Shown: positions 29,472-39,799, counted from the first letter of the stretch. The stretch is DNA of 64,000 nucleotides from Candidatus Thorarchaeota archaeon (GCA_029855935.1 JAGSHN010000032.1:32001-96000); one strand, 5' to 3'. Program-made: numbers and translations. The notes: generated by a model from the sequence alone, not told the origin.

Positions 29472-31568
29472 ATGAACGAGGAGCGACGACCCAATCGGCT
29501 GGCTGATGAGACCAGTCCGTACCTACTGCAACACGCGTACAATCCTGTGGACTGGTATCCTTGGGGAGAGGAGGCCTTTGAACGAGCGCGGCGCGAGGAC
29601 AAGCCCATCTTCCTGTCGATAGGCTACAGCACGTGTCACTGGTGTCACGTGATGGCACACGAATCCTTCGAGGACGAGGAGGTGGCACGACTGCTCAACG
29701 AGAACTTCGTCTGCATAAAGGTTGATCGCGAGGAGCGTCCGGACGTTGATAGGACATACATTAACATCGCTCAAGCGATGATCGGCCACGCAGGTTGGCC
29801 TCTGACGATCTTCATGACCCCTGACAAGGTGCCCTTCTTTGCGGCCACCTACATCCCCAAGTATCCCTCCCGCGGAAGGCACGGGATGTTGTCTCTCTTG
29901 CCTCTCATCTCGGAGATGTGGCGGACGAGACGTGATGAGATTGAGAGGGTAGGGGAGCAGCTGAAGAGGGCTCTTGCAACGGCTCCCTCTCTAGCGGGAC
30001 GATTGCCCAGTGTTGAGGTCTTTGACGAGGCGTTTCAGGTCTATCTTGATACCTTCGACTCCACGTGGGGTGGTTTTGGAACTGCTCCCAAGTTTCCCGC
30101 ACCTCACAACCTGATGTTCCTGCTCAGACATTGGCGTATCACGGGCGACACTCGTGCGGTCCAGATGGTCGAGCAGACTCTCACGGCAACGCGGAGGGGC
30201 GGTATCTTCGATCAGGTCGGCTTCGGGTTTCACAGGTACTCGACAGACTCCCAGTGGAGACTCCCCCACTTCGAGAAGATGCTGTACGATCAGGCAATGC
30301 ACATCATGGCCTACACCGAGGCCTATCAGGTGACGGGCAAGACGGAGTACGCCAAGACTGTGGCAGAGGTCGTCGAGTACCTGACACGGGACCTGATGAG
30401 TCCTGACGGGGCCTTCTACTCAGCAGAGGATGCGGACTCCGAGGGGCGCGAGGGGGCATTCTACCTGTGGTCGGTTGAGGAACTGTCCGACGTGCTCAGT
30501 CCGGAAGAGCTGAAGGTCGTGACCACAGCCTTCTCTCTATCGGAGGACGGAAACTTCCACGACGAGGCGACTGGACGGCGGACCGGGCTCAACTTGTTGT
30601 ACTGGAGCCTGCCTCCTGACCGCGTGGCCTGGGAGCTGGATATGGATGCCGGGTCTGTGCTTGACATCCTCGAGTCGGCGAGAAGGAAGATGCTTGAGCG
30701 TCGGGCGACGCGTGAGAGGCCGCTTCGCGACGAGAAGATCCTAACCGATTGGAATGGCCTTGTCATTGCTGCTCTCGCCAAGGCTGGCGCCGCAATCAGT
30801 CCAGAGTTTCTGCAGATTGCCGAACGTGCTCTTAGAGCAGTCGTGGAGAGCCTGATGTCGGATGACGGCGAGCTCTATCACAGTAGTGCCCGCGGCTCGC
30901 TTGGCCAGGTCGCCTTCTTAGATGACTACGCGTTCCTGGTTTGGGGGCTACTGGAGCTCTACGAGGCGACATCGGACCCGGGACATCTGCGTCTGGCGCG
31001 TGACCTTCACAACAAGATGCTGGAACTTTTCGAGGACCGGGAGAACGGAGGGCTGTTCTTCTCAGGCGACAGGGCCGAGCAGCTTCTAGTCCGAGACAAG
31101 AGCGCCTATGATGGTGCAATCCCCTCGGGCAACTCTGTCGCTGCCCTGAACAGCGTCCGGCTGTCAAGACTGACCGGGGACCCTGCGCTGGAGGACGGGT
31201 GCCGCAGAATAGTGCAGGCATTCTCCGCAAGCATTGAGAGGAGTCCCACCGCTCACTCGATGATGCTGTGCGCGCTGACCTATCTGAGAGGGCCATCTCA
31301 CGAGCTGGTGATTGTTGGCGATGACTCAGATATCGATGAGATGCTGCGGAGTGTGCGGTCGTGGTTTCTTCCTCACACGGCGCTTGTAGTCAAGACTCCG
31401 CGGAACGTGTCGGCTGGGCTTGAAGAGCTTGCACCGTACACCTCAGAGTATCCGGTGCCCTCGGACGGCCATCCCGTGGCCTATGTCTGTTCAGGGCAGA
31501 CCTGCAGTCCGCCAGTCACTGATGTGGACGAGCTCCGTTCGCTGCTGGACGTGCGTTCTCTCGTCTGA
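29472..31568 (+). CDS. yyaL: Thioredoxin-domain / six-hairpin protein YyaL (SPATA20-like)
   Basis: [44 protein letters not shown]. Confidence 0.95.
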   Translation: MNEERRPNRLADETSPYLLQHAYNPVDWYPWGEEAFERARREDKPIFLSIGYSTCHWCHVMAHESFEDEEVARLLNENFVCIKVDREERPDVDRTYINIAQAMIGHAGWPLTIFMTPDKVPFFAATYIPKYPSRGRHGMLSLLPLISEMWRTRRDEIERVGEQLKRALATAPSLAGRLPSVEVFDEAFQVYLDTFDSTWGGFGTAPKFPAPHNLMFLLRHWRITGDTRAVQMVEQTLTATRRGGIFDQVGFGFHRYSTDSQWRLPHFEKMLYDQAMHIMAYTEAYQVTGKTEYAKTVAEVVEYLTRDLMSPDGAFYSAEDADSEGREGAFYLWSVEELSDVLSPEELKVVTTAFSLSEDGNFHDEATGRRTGLNLLYWSLPPDRVAWELDMDAGSVLDILESARRKMLERRATRERPLRDEKILTDWNGLVIAALAKAGAAISPEFLQIAERALRAVVESLMSDDGELYHSSARGSLGQVAFLDDYAFLVWGLLELYEATSDPGHLRLARDLHNKMLELFEDRENGGLFFSGDRAEQLLVRDKSAYDGAIPSGNSVAALNSVRLSRLTGDPALEDGCRRIVQAFSASIERSPTAHSMMLCALTYLRGPSHELVIVGDDSDIDEMLRSVRSWFLPHTALVVKTPRNVSAGLEELAPYTSEYPVPSDGHPVAYVCSGQTCSPPVTDVDELRSLLDVRSLV

Positions 31569-31647
31569 CCTCCCGCGAACCGTCGACAGACAATCTTTAT
31601 ACCCACCCTTGTATGGTTGATATTAGGCACCTGTCTGAGGGAAAGAG

Positions 31648-33219
31648 ATGCCGGACGATAGGCTTACTGACCAGGAGAAGACCGAGGTTCTTGAGTCACT
31701 TGACAAGGCCCAGCTGAGTGATGACGAGGTACGACAACTGGTGGAGGCGCACGCTCTCGAGGGAGTGGAGCCCATAGACTCAGAGGAGGACCTAATCTCT
31801 GCTGCAGCCGAGGCTCTTGAGTTCGTGGAGTCGCTCGACACAACAGAGACTCCGGCAGAGGCTGCGGCAGCCGAGGATGCAATGGCGGGCTTTGATGGCC
31901 TGCTTCGCCGGCTTGAGAACCTGAGGACAGAGATCGCCTCTCTTCAGCGTGGCGTGGTCGGTGTCTTCGCTGCACAGCTCCTGACATTCCGTGGAAAGGT
32001 CGTCGAGCTCAAGTCGCGAATCTCCGAGGAGATGGTCGACAAGCTGAAGATGCAGTTCTTCAAGAGCTTCATCGAGTCGACGTTTGTGGAGATTGTGGAC
32101 AAGGAGTTCTCTGCGCTTGAGAAGGACCTTGTTGACAAGATAGTCGACCAGACACAGTCAAAGTTCAAGGAGTTTGCTGAGCGCGTGCGTCAGTCGGAGG
32201 TTGCTCTTCGACAGGCCATCGTTGAGCAACAGGACATCGTCCGGTCGTTTATGGACTCGCTCGAACAGGAGCTTGCTGCGGCTCGTGAGGAGGTCCGCGA
32301 ACGCGAGCAGAAGATAAAGAGTCTGCAAGCAGAGATTGACAAGCTGCACGCGCAGATCGATGCCGGGATGGGAGCCAGTGTCAGGGTCGAGGAGCTCGAG
32401 CGCAAGGTGAGTGATCTCGAAGAGGAGGTCGCACGTCTGAAGCGCGAGCTCGAGCGCAAGGACGAACTTGTGAGGGCACGGGAACAGGAGCTTGAGGCCT
32501 CAAGAAGCGAGGTGGAGGAACTGCGTGCGCAGCTTGCGGAGGCTCTCAGTCAGATTGAGGTGTACAAGGCCGAGGCTGCAGCGGCCAAGGCTCCCGTCGC
32601 ACACACGGATGCGGAGTATGAGGCTCTTCAGGAGAAGGTGCGAGTGCTTGAGGAGGCGGCAGAGCAGCGTCGTGCTGAGGCCGAACAGTATGCCGCCCGA
32701 GTGAGAGAGCTTGAGAGAGAGCTGGAGGCAGTCAAGAAGGAGAAGGCGGCTGTCGAGGAGATTGCCCAGAAGCGTCTTGAGGAGATCGAGTCGGTGCAGG
32801 AACGCATCAAGGGTGTGAGTGAGCTTGAACAGCGGGTCTACGAACTGGAGGACAAGCTGAAGGAGACCGAGGAGAAGCTGACCATTGCAGAGATGCAGCG
32901 CGAGGCCTATGAGAAGGCCACACGTCTGATGGAGAAGGAGCGCGATATGGCCCTTGAGATGCGCGACCTGGCGAATGAGAGAACCAAACGCTACATCAAA
33001 GTCCTTGGTATGGAGGCCAACACCAAGGTCCTGCTGCTCGTCGACGAGGTCGGTCAGATGAGCTTTGCAGACCTCGGCAAGGCGCTGGGCATCCCTGCTG
33101 GACTCGCGGCGAAGCACGCCCGTGAGCTTGCCAAGCTGGGAGTCCTCAAGGTTGAGGGCGACAAGGCGGTATCCACGCTACCCCGTGTCGAGATTGAAGA
33201 GGGCGAGGTGAAGGTATAG
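31648..33219 (+). CDS. Long coiled-coil protein with C-terminal winged helix
   Basis: Several hundred residues of E/K/R/L heptad-like sequence; C-terminal MSFADLGKALGIPAGLAAKHARELAKLGVLKVEG. Confidence 0.8.
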   Translation: MPDDRLTDQEKTEVLESLDKAQLSDDEVRQLVEAHALEGVEPIDSEEDLISAAAEALEFVESLDTTETPAEAAAAEDAMAGFDGLLRRLENLRTEIASLQRGVVGVFAAQLLTFRGKVVELKSRISEEMVDKLKMQFFKSFIESTFVEIVDKEFSALEKDLVDKIVDQTQSKFKEFAERVRQSEVALRQAIVEQQDIVRSFMDSLEQELAAAREEVREREQKIKSLQAEIDKLHAQIDAGMGASVRVEELERKVSDLEEEVARLKRELERKDELVRAREQELEASRSEVEELRAQLAEALSQIEVYKAEAAAAKAPVAHTDAEYEALQEKVRVLEEAAEQRRAEAEQYAARVRELERELEAVKKEKAAVEEIAQKRLEEIESVQERIKGVSELEQRVYELEDKLKETEEKLTIAEMQREAYEKATRLMEKERDMALEMRDLANERTKRYIKVLGMEANTKVLLLVDEVGQMSFADLGKALGIPAGLAAKHARELAKLGVLKVEGDKAVSTLPRVEIEEGEVKV

Positions 33220-33237
33220 TCTGCGCCAATCGCTGCC

Positions 33238-33585
33238 TCAGAATGCTATCGCGCGATCACCAGCCTCGAACGAGTCGACAATCTCGCTCCAATAACCGGC
33301 AATCTTCTGAAGTGATCGAGAGAGGTCCTTCGTGAGCCTGTATTTGCCCATCCGCTTCTCGACGATGCCGACGTCACGCAGCTTTCGCATCACCTTTACG
33401 TACAGTCCCCTGCTCGATAGGACGAATCTCTCCCACTCAGAGTCGGGGACGACGCCGCCATTCTGGATGATCTCGTTCAGTATCTTCGAGGCCTGTTCGA
33501 CCTGCATCTCAGTGAAAAAGATGTGACGCAGCAGATGTCGTGGAGTCACCAGCGTTGGCCTGCGTGTTATGCTGATCTTCGGCAT
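33238..33585 (-). CDS. Small winged-helix protein
   Basis: GLYVKVMRKLRDVGIVEKRMGKYRLT. Confidence 0.75.
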   Translation of the reverse strand: MPKISITRRPTLVTPRHLLRHIFFTEMQVEQASKILNEIIQNGGVVPDSEWERFVLSSRGLYVKVMRKLRDVGIVEKRMGKYRLTKDLSRSLQKIAGYWSEIVDSFEAGDRAIAF

Positions 33586-33697
33586 ATTCCATACCCGAAT
33601 ATGGGGACCGAACATTGCCAATATGAGAGTGGGTATTACCGGGCAGCTCAAGTTATAATGCGGCGTGCCAGTCGCTGTGTCATCGAGAGCGATTGCT

Positions 33698-34813
33698 ATG
33701 CGTCTGGAAGAGTTCAGTCTTGAGCGCATTCAGTCTGTCTGGGAGCACATCGTGGAGATCAATCTTGCCGAGAGTGGGATTGAGCCACTCCGCCTCGGAA
33801 ACCTGATGGATACGTGTGAGCTCCGGGACGTCAGACTAGGCTATCCTCAGACCAACGGCGGGTTGGAGCTGCGACGGAACATCACCAGTCTGTTTACTGG
33901 TGCGACAGAGGAACATGTCTTGGTGACGAATGGCGGTTCTGAGGCCAACAACGTGGCTCTCTGGTGGTTGCGTCACGAGAATCCCGACCGTGACCACATT
34001 CTTGTGGAGCTTCCGAACTACATGCAGATCTGGGGTCTCGCCGGCTCGTCAGGACTGAGGAGAGATGCCTTCTGGCTCAGAGAAGACGGCGGGCAATGGC
34101 GGTTGGACATCGAGGATCTGAAGGAGAAGGTCACAAAGAAGACACTGGCAGTGACTCTCTGTACGCCGAACAATCCCACTGGCTCAGTGCTCAGTGCGGA
34201 GGAGATTCGCGCGGTCGTGGAGATTGCCGAGGACCACGGCGCGGTAGTGCTGTCGGATGAGGTGTACCGCGGTGCAGAGCTGAGAGGCGGTATGTCGCCA
34301 TCTGTATGGGAACATGGTGAGAACGTACTCATCACCGGCGGCCTCTCGAAGGCCTATGCTGTTCCGGGCCTGAGAGTCGGCTGGATTGTGGCAAGGAACG
34401 AAGAGTGGGCGAGACAGCTCTGGGCATACACGGACTACACGAGCATCAGTCCGTCCCTGCTGGGTGATCTGCTTGGCACACTTGTCCTCGACCCGGTGCA
34501 TCGCGACCGCATCCTGGAGCGGAACAGGAGAATCCTGCGTGAGAACTGGGCGGTCGTTGAGGACTGGCTGGAGTCAAATGATGACATACTGCACTGCATT
34601 CCTCCCCGTGCCTCGGCCGTATGCATTGTGAGATACGACCTTGACATAGGCTCGGAGTCGCTCGCCCAGAGGCTGATTCGCGAGCGGAACGTACTGATCG
34701 CTCCGGGTGATCACTTCCTTCTTCCTCATCGCATCCGCATAGGATACGGTCACAACAGAGAGCAGCTCGAGGAGGGCCTGCGCAGGGTGACGGAGACGCT
34801 GCGGGAGCTGTAG
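33698..34813 (+). CDS. PLP-dependent aminotransferase class I/II
   Basis: PNNPTG, SDEVY, GLSKAYAVPGLRVGW. Confidence 0.93.
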   Translation: MRLEEFSLERIQSVWEHIVEINLAESGIEPLRLGNLMDTCELRDVRLGYPQTNGGLELRRNITSLFTGATEEHVLVTNGGSEANNVALWWLRHENPDRDHILVELPNYMQIWGLAGSSGLRRDAFWLREDGGQWRLDIEDLKEKVTKKTLAVTLCTPNNPTGSVLSAEEIRAVVEIAEDHGAVVLSDEVYRGAELRGGMSPSVWEHGENVLITGGLSKAYAVPGLRVGWIVARNEEWARQLWAYTDYTSISPSLLGDLLGTLVLDPVHRDRILERNRRILRENWAVVEDWLESNDDILHCIPPRASAVCIVRYDLDIGSESLAQRLIRERNVLIAPGDHFLLPHRIRIGYGHNREQLEEGLRRVTETLREL

Positions 34814-34843
34814 GGTCTGCAGAGGGGATGTACTCCTTCAGGT

Positions 34844-35371
34844 CTATGCATCGGCTCCTGTTCCGTCATCGTCTGGGTCGCTGTCATCATCATCCTCTAT
34901 GGCGAACTCGTCGAGTGGTGAATAGAGGTGTCCATAGAATGTCGGCGGTGATCTCTCCTCCTCGTCGAGTTCAAGGCCCTCTGTATCGGCTATCTCGCGT
35001 CTGAGCGTGTACGACAGGGCGCCGTTCCATTCAAGATACTTGTTCAGGTCCCTAGAGATTCGTCCCTGAAACGCCCCGCACGGTCCTCCGCAGAAGACCA
35101 TCTCACCACGGACCTGGAGATTGCCACCGCACCATCGGCATACCGCGGGATGGCCGTGCGCGTAGATCACACCATTGACAAGACGACCGAGAAAGACGGT
35201 CCCGTCGAACTCGCACACTATCCGACTCTGGTCATCTGTGAGTGGTGTCCAGATGCCACTGTTATCTGATGCGGTGCCCATCGACGGGCAGATAGAATGG
35301 GCTGTCGGTCCGTCATCATCATTGCCAAAGTCCGTGAGACGCGACTGCACCGATCTGCGGTCCCTATGCAT
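34844..35371 (-). CDS. Hypothetical Zn-ribbon protein with N-terminal PIP-like motif and acidic tail
   Basis: QSRLTDF; CRWC...CGGPC; poly-Asp C-terminus. Confidence 0.65.
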   Translation of the reverse strand: MHRDRRSVQSRLTDFGNDDDGPTAHSICPSMGTASDNSGIWTPLTDDQSRIVCEFDGTVFLGRLVNGVIYAHGHPAVCRWCGGNLQVRGEMVFCGGPCGAFQGRISRDLNKYLEWNGALSYTLRREIADTEGLELDEEERSPPTFYGHLYSPLDEFAIEDDDDSDPDDDGTGADA

Positions 35372-35472
35372 ACCATCAGGTCTCGACTGGGACTGATAAA
35401 CACCACATCAGTCAGCCCCATAAGACAACACCACACACAACTTTATCTTGAAAGTCCCCGATACCCCACTGA

Positions 35473-35658
35473 GTGATTGAGATGAGCGAGAAGATAAAGA
35501 AGTTCGTAAGTGTCCTTGCCGGGAAGCTTGACATCACCTGTGACGAGTGCGGTGGCACGATGCGACCAGGCGGTCACTACGAGCTTGAGTATCAGGGCAA
35601 GAAGTACCAGTTCTGCTCAGAGAAGTGCATGGAGGCCTACGAGGCCAAACTGTCATAG
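35473..35658 (+). CDS. YHS/TRASH-like small metal-binding protein
   Basis: CDECG...EYQGKKYQFCSEKC. Confidence 0.8.
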   Translation: MIEMSEKIKKFVSVLAGKLDITCDECGGTMRPGGHYELEYQGKKYQFCSEKCMEAYEAKLS

Positions 35659-35682
35659 ACTCTGAACTTGTCACCAACATAC

Positions 35683-35724
35683 GGGAGGGGGACCACTGGC
35701 ACCCCCTCCCAAAACGTATTTTTT
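35683..35724 (+). terminator. Hairpin + T-run downstream of the YHS gene
   Basis: GGGAGGGGG / CCCCCTCCC perfect 9-bp stem, then TTTTTT at 35719-35724. Confidence 0.55.
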
Positions 35725-35790
35725 CCCCGAAATCGCTGCCGAACGAGCCACGCGAGATGTGCTCTGTGAGTGCTGATTTTCCAAACGAAA

Positions 35791-35807
35791 TGCCAACCAG
35801 GTTGGCA
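35791..35807. promoter_or_regulatory. 17-bp interrupted palindrome TGCCAACC-A-GGTTGGCA (candidate operator)
   Basis: Perfect 8-bp arms; nested inside a 9-bp inverted repeat TGCTCTGTG/CACAGAGCA (35760-35820). Confidence 0.4.
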
Positions 35808-35998
35808 CGTCCACAGAGCAGGCCTCACGTGCTACCGTTGCCTCTGGTTACGGAGGTATCTCTCTCAGTGGAACTTTCGTCTTCCTCACCAATACCCGAC
35901 CTGCTCGCGTCCGACAAAAAGGTATTTTAGAAAACAGATAGCCGACACTCAAGCAAGTGTCTTGAAGGGGAGTAGGAACTCTGACGACACCCATTGAG

Positions 35999-36695
35999 AT
36001 GACGGTCGAAGAGCTTCGTCGGAAACTGCTCTACATCAAAGAGCTTGGCTGGATACGGACTTCACGTCGGGGCGATACCGGGGTCGGCCATACTCTGGAA
36101 GGTCTGTTGGGCTACAGCGAGAATAACCTCTCTATCCCCGACTGGGGTCTGCTCGAAGTGAAGACGACCCGAAAGGCATCCGACACTCCGATAACGCTTC
36201 TCAGCAAGAGCCCCAAGTTGGTGCCGGGTCTTACAAGAAGGGACCTCCTTGAACATCACGGCTACTTGGACAAGGGATCGCGTCAAGCACTGTATGTCGA
36301 AATCGATGCCGTGCAGCCCAACTCCAAGGGCTGGTTCACGGTTGTGGACCGGGAGAAAGGCAGAATCGATTTTCTCCACAATGATGAAGGTTGTTGCTTA
36401 TCAGGATACAGAGGAGCTGGGAGCCGCGCTTGAGCACAAGGTATCGAACATGGTCCTGATAGTGGCTGAGCGAACGAGAGAAGGCCGCGATGAATTCTTT
36501 CTCTACTCCGAGGCGTTTCTGCTGGGGCAAGCGGATCTGCACCGACTACTTGAGCTCATCGAGAATGGTGCAATAATATTCCACTGGAGGATGCATCTCC
36601 GGCCAAACGGAACCGTCAGGGACCACGGTGCTGCGTATCGCATCAAGCAGTCGAGGCTTCCAGAGCTCTACTCGCGCGTAGAACGGTTGGTCTAG
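35999..36695 (+). pseudogene. MvaI/BcnI-family restriction endonuclease, frameshifted near 36385
   Basis: GVGHTLEGLLG..ENN..PD..EVK in the first frame; VVAYQ...RDHGAAYRI in the second; joined product ~231 aa. Confidence 0.85.
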
Positions 36696-37965
36696 ACCTT
36701 TCTCAGTATGACGATGCTCTCGGTGTGCATAGTGTCGGCCTTCAGTCCCTCGATGTTCTCAGGGGCATTCTGCCAAGGCATGCGCTTGGTCGGAATCCTT
36801 CTCGGGATTGTCAGATGCTGGGCAAGTCCTCTTGCGTCTGCAATCTCTGCAACTATTCGGTCAGTGGGGATACGTACCCTCGCAACCATTCTGTTCCCGA
36901 TGACGATACTGGCGTATCTCCCTGTCTTCAGTCTGTCGCGAATAGCGACCAGAGATTCGGTGAGGTCCCTGAAGAAGCTGTACACATGTTGGGCACGGGT
37001 TGGGTTCCTTTCGCGAATTGCCTCGAGTGTTTCAGCAAGGGTCACACTCCCAAGATGGGACATCTCAGACCTGTGATTGGAGCCACCAAGTCCCCTCTTG
37101 TCGACGGTTCGGACAGCGTCCTCATCAAGCCCTATCCATAGTGCTGGGAACCTGGAGTACTGACCGTACGCGACAGTGGTCCCGCTATCACCATACGGCG
37201 GCGACGTGACAACAAGATCGATACTCTCATCATCAACCGGTGCGCTGCGATTGTCAGCCTCGATCACAGCTGGCCGGTAGTACTGGTGGCCTTCGAGATA
37301 TTTTACGAACTGGTCTATGAGTGAGATACATCGGTCAGCGTGCCTAACGAATGTTGCTCGAACATCGGGTCTGAACTTGGTCAGTCTCTCAGCGGACATT
37401 CGTACGATCTTGAACTCTCCCTTCTTGGCGTTGGAGACCTCTCGGACCGTCAGTGCAAGACAGAGAAGGAAGAACTCACGAACCTCTGGCGTGTTGGCCA
37501 CGGCATCAATTGCGTGGCGGAGTCTGGCGAGATCTCTCTGCACGTAGGACTTGAACCAGTACTCTATGTTTGGGATCTTGGGCACGCTAGGGCTCACATT
37601 GTCCGCAACGCTCTCTACGTGCATCATCACCTTCCGTGATGTGTCGCGTAGCACCGAGGCATCAATCGGTGTAGTCTTCACCCGGGAGAGAAATATCGCG
37701 AAGGGATTGAGGTCTGTACCTATGGACCTGCGCCCCAGCAGCATCGACTCCACAAGGGTAGTCCCTGAACCACAGAACGGGTCCCACACGAGGTCACCCT
37801 CTTGCGAGTATCTGATGATAAGCCGGCGCGCAATCTGCGGTATCATTCTCGCGGGATACTGGTGGAAGCCATGTGTAGGTAGTTGGTGTCAGCTCCGTCG
37901 AAGGTCCAGTCATCCTGGCTCGTTGCTTCTCCCCGTCCAAACTCTGGGAGTCGAGTCCGTTCCAT
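36692..37965 (-). pseudogene. N4-cytosine DNA methyltransferase (M.MvaI-like), 1-nt frameshift at 37877-37878
   Basis: DPFCGSGTT, VTSPPY; N-terminal DWTFDGADTNYL and THGFHQYPARMIP are in different frames; the 384-aa remainder is intact. Confidence 0.85.
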
Positions 37966-38148
37966 CACAACCAATCAACTCTATCAGACTACCAGCATAT
38001 CAAGATGTTGTACGGTGGAACCGAGATAGGGCCCACTGGAAACGAAACAACTTGGGCTCTCCCGCGCTCCAGGGGTTGCCATCCTGTGGACCATAGATTC
38101 TTCTGGCGCGCCACTGTGACCAGTCCAAAGACTGGTCGCGAAATCCAA

Positions 38149-38514
38149 TCACTCGCCAAACTCCACGCTATCGCGAATTGTCGAGTACCGCGATAGGTCG
38201 TCCGAGTCGTCGCTGGCAGCCGCAGCCTGCTGCTGAGACACGTATCTGTCGCCCGTCCAGAAGGCTATCTCCGCTATACCGTCGTACTCTGAGAGAGGCC
38301 TATCACTGATGTCATTGCCTCTGTCGTCGACGACAATCCACTCCGAGTCCTCGCTGAGGCCGCGGAATGCCCAGCCTCTCCTCAACGCCTCACGAAAAGT
38401 GGTATCAGCTCGCCCCGAGACTATGATCTCCTGGCCTGTTTCGGGTTCCCGTATGACCCTCTTGAGAATGGAGGGGTCGTCATCCATAAATTTCCCCCTG
38501 TGAAAATTGGGCAT
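38149..38514 (-). CDS. Hypothetical protein, possible ubiquitin-like (beta-grasp) domain
   Basis: KRVIRE-PETG-QEIIVSG-RADTTFREALRR...WIVVDDRGNDISDRPLSEY...AEIAF. Confidence 0.6.
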   Translation of the reverse strand: MPNFHRGKFMDDDPSILKRVIREPETGQEIIVSGRADTTFREALRRGWAFRGLSEDSEWIVVDDRGNDISDRPLSEYDGIAEIAFWTGDRYVSQQQAAAASDDSDDLSRYSTIRDSVEFGE

Positions 38515-38781
38515 GTCATCTCGCCTAGTGCGCCTCGACCTGATGAGGCGCGTGACAGAACGCAGCTTCTTCCTTATCTGCCACCACGGGCGGTAGCCGC
38601 CTCGGATACGCATCTCGTCATCCCTGTCCAGTGAACAGATTGCATCAAGATATCAGTGTTTTCTCCTACCGCATCTCGGCATCGCCGCGTCTGTGGCAGA
38701 GCTCACTCTCTGCGTGCTCGTCTACACTCGGTTTCCCACGAGGAATGGGCCTTGGAACTATGCCTTGTCGTGAGCGTACCC

Positions 38782-39774
38782 TCATATGGACAGTGGGCGT
38801 ACAAGTTCCAGCAGATTTAGGTCTACCTCCTTAGTCTTCGTGTAGGTGTCCACAAGAGGCGTTTCAGTGAGCCCACCATTGACCTCGCCGACCATTATCC
38901 CGGTCTTGCCGTCGAGGATGCACTTCACCGCGTGAGCGCCGAGCTTTGTGGCAAGGATTCTGTCGTATCGTGTCGGGTTGCCTCCGCGCTGGATGTATCC
39001 CAGCACCGAGACCCTGCAGTTCTCACCAACAAGTTCTGACATCCTCCTGCCAATCTCAACGGCGTTCCCAGCCTCATCGCCCTCTGCCACAATCAGGAAG
39101 ACGAAGCCCTTTCCTCTCCGTCGACCCTTGATGATTGTCTCGGCGATACGCTCAATGTCGGTCGGTGTCTCGGGAATGAGGATGTCCTCTGCCCCGCAGG
39201 CAATCCCGACGTGCAGTGCGATGGCTCCCGAGTAGTGACCCATGACCTCGATTAGAAATATCCGGTCGAAGGACTGAGCCGTGTCGCGGATCTTGTCAAC
39301 CGCGTCAATGGCGTTGTTCACCGCCGTGTCAAAGCCTATGCTGAAATCGGTCCCGTACACGTCATTGTCGATTGTACCGGGGATGCCAATTATCTGGCCC
39401 GACCAGAAGCGGCTGAGCTTGTCCAGCGCCTGCATAGTGCCATTCCCGCCAATGGCGACGAGGGCATCAATCCCCTCATCTGTCAGAATCTGTGCAGCCC
39501 TGCGCTGGCCCTCCTCTCTCCTGAACTCCTCTGAGCGACCTGTCGTGAGAATCGTTCCACCACGGTGGATGATGTTCGCGACGGACCGTGCATTGAGCTT
39601 CTCAAGTCGCCTGTCGAGGATTCCCTGAAGGCCACCGTAGATTGCGTAGACCTCCAACCCGTTAAAGATGCCCACCCTGACGATTGCCCTTATACAGGCA
39701 TTCATCCCGGGACTGTCGCCGCCGCTTGTCAAGACTCCTACTCGCATACCCGATGATAGCGACTGGTCGCTCAT
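38782..39774 (-). CDS. pfkA: ATP-dependent 6-phosphofructokinase (bacterial type)
   Basis: LTSGGDSPGMNA, GGTIL, GGNGT, PGTIDND, EVMG, LGYIQRGG. Confidence 0.95.
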   Translation of the reverse strand: MSDQSLSSGMRVGVLTSGGDSPGMNACIRAIVRVGIFNGLEVYAIYGGLQGILDRRLEKLNARSVANIIHRGGTILTTGRSEEFRREEGQRRAAQILTDEGIDALVAIGGNGTMQALDKLSRFWSGQIIGIPGTIDNDVYGTDFSIGFDTAVNNAIDAVDKIRDTAQSFDRIFLIEVMGHYSGAIALHVGIACGAEDILIPETPTDIERIAETIIKGRRRGKGFVFLIVAEGDEAGNAVEIGRRMSELVGENCRVSVLGYIQRGGNPTRYDRILATKLGAHAVKCILDGKTGIMVGEVNGGLTETPLVDTYTKTKEVDLNLLELVRPLSI

Positions 39775-39799
39775 AAATCAATGTGAGGGGACGTACTCC

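Noticed and set aside
31648-33219. SMC/Rad50 annotation
   Set aside because: No Walker A/B, signature motif, hinge or Zn hook
35783-38048. AAACGAAA on both sides of the R-M pair as att sites
   Set aside because: Only 8 bp of low complexity; no integrase or tRNA target
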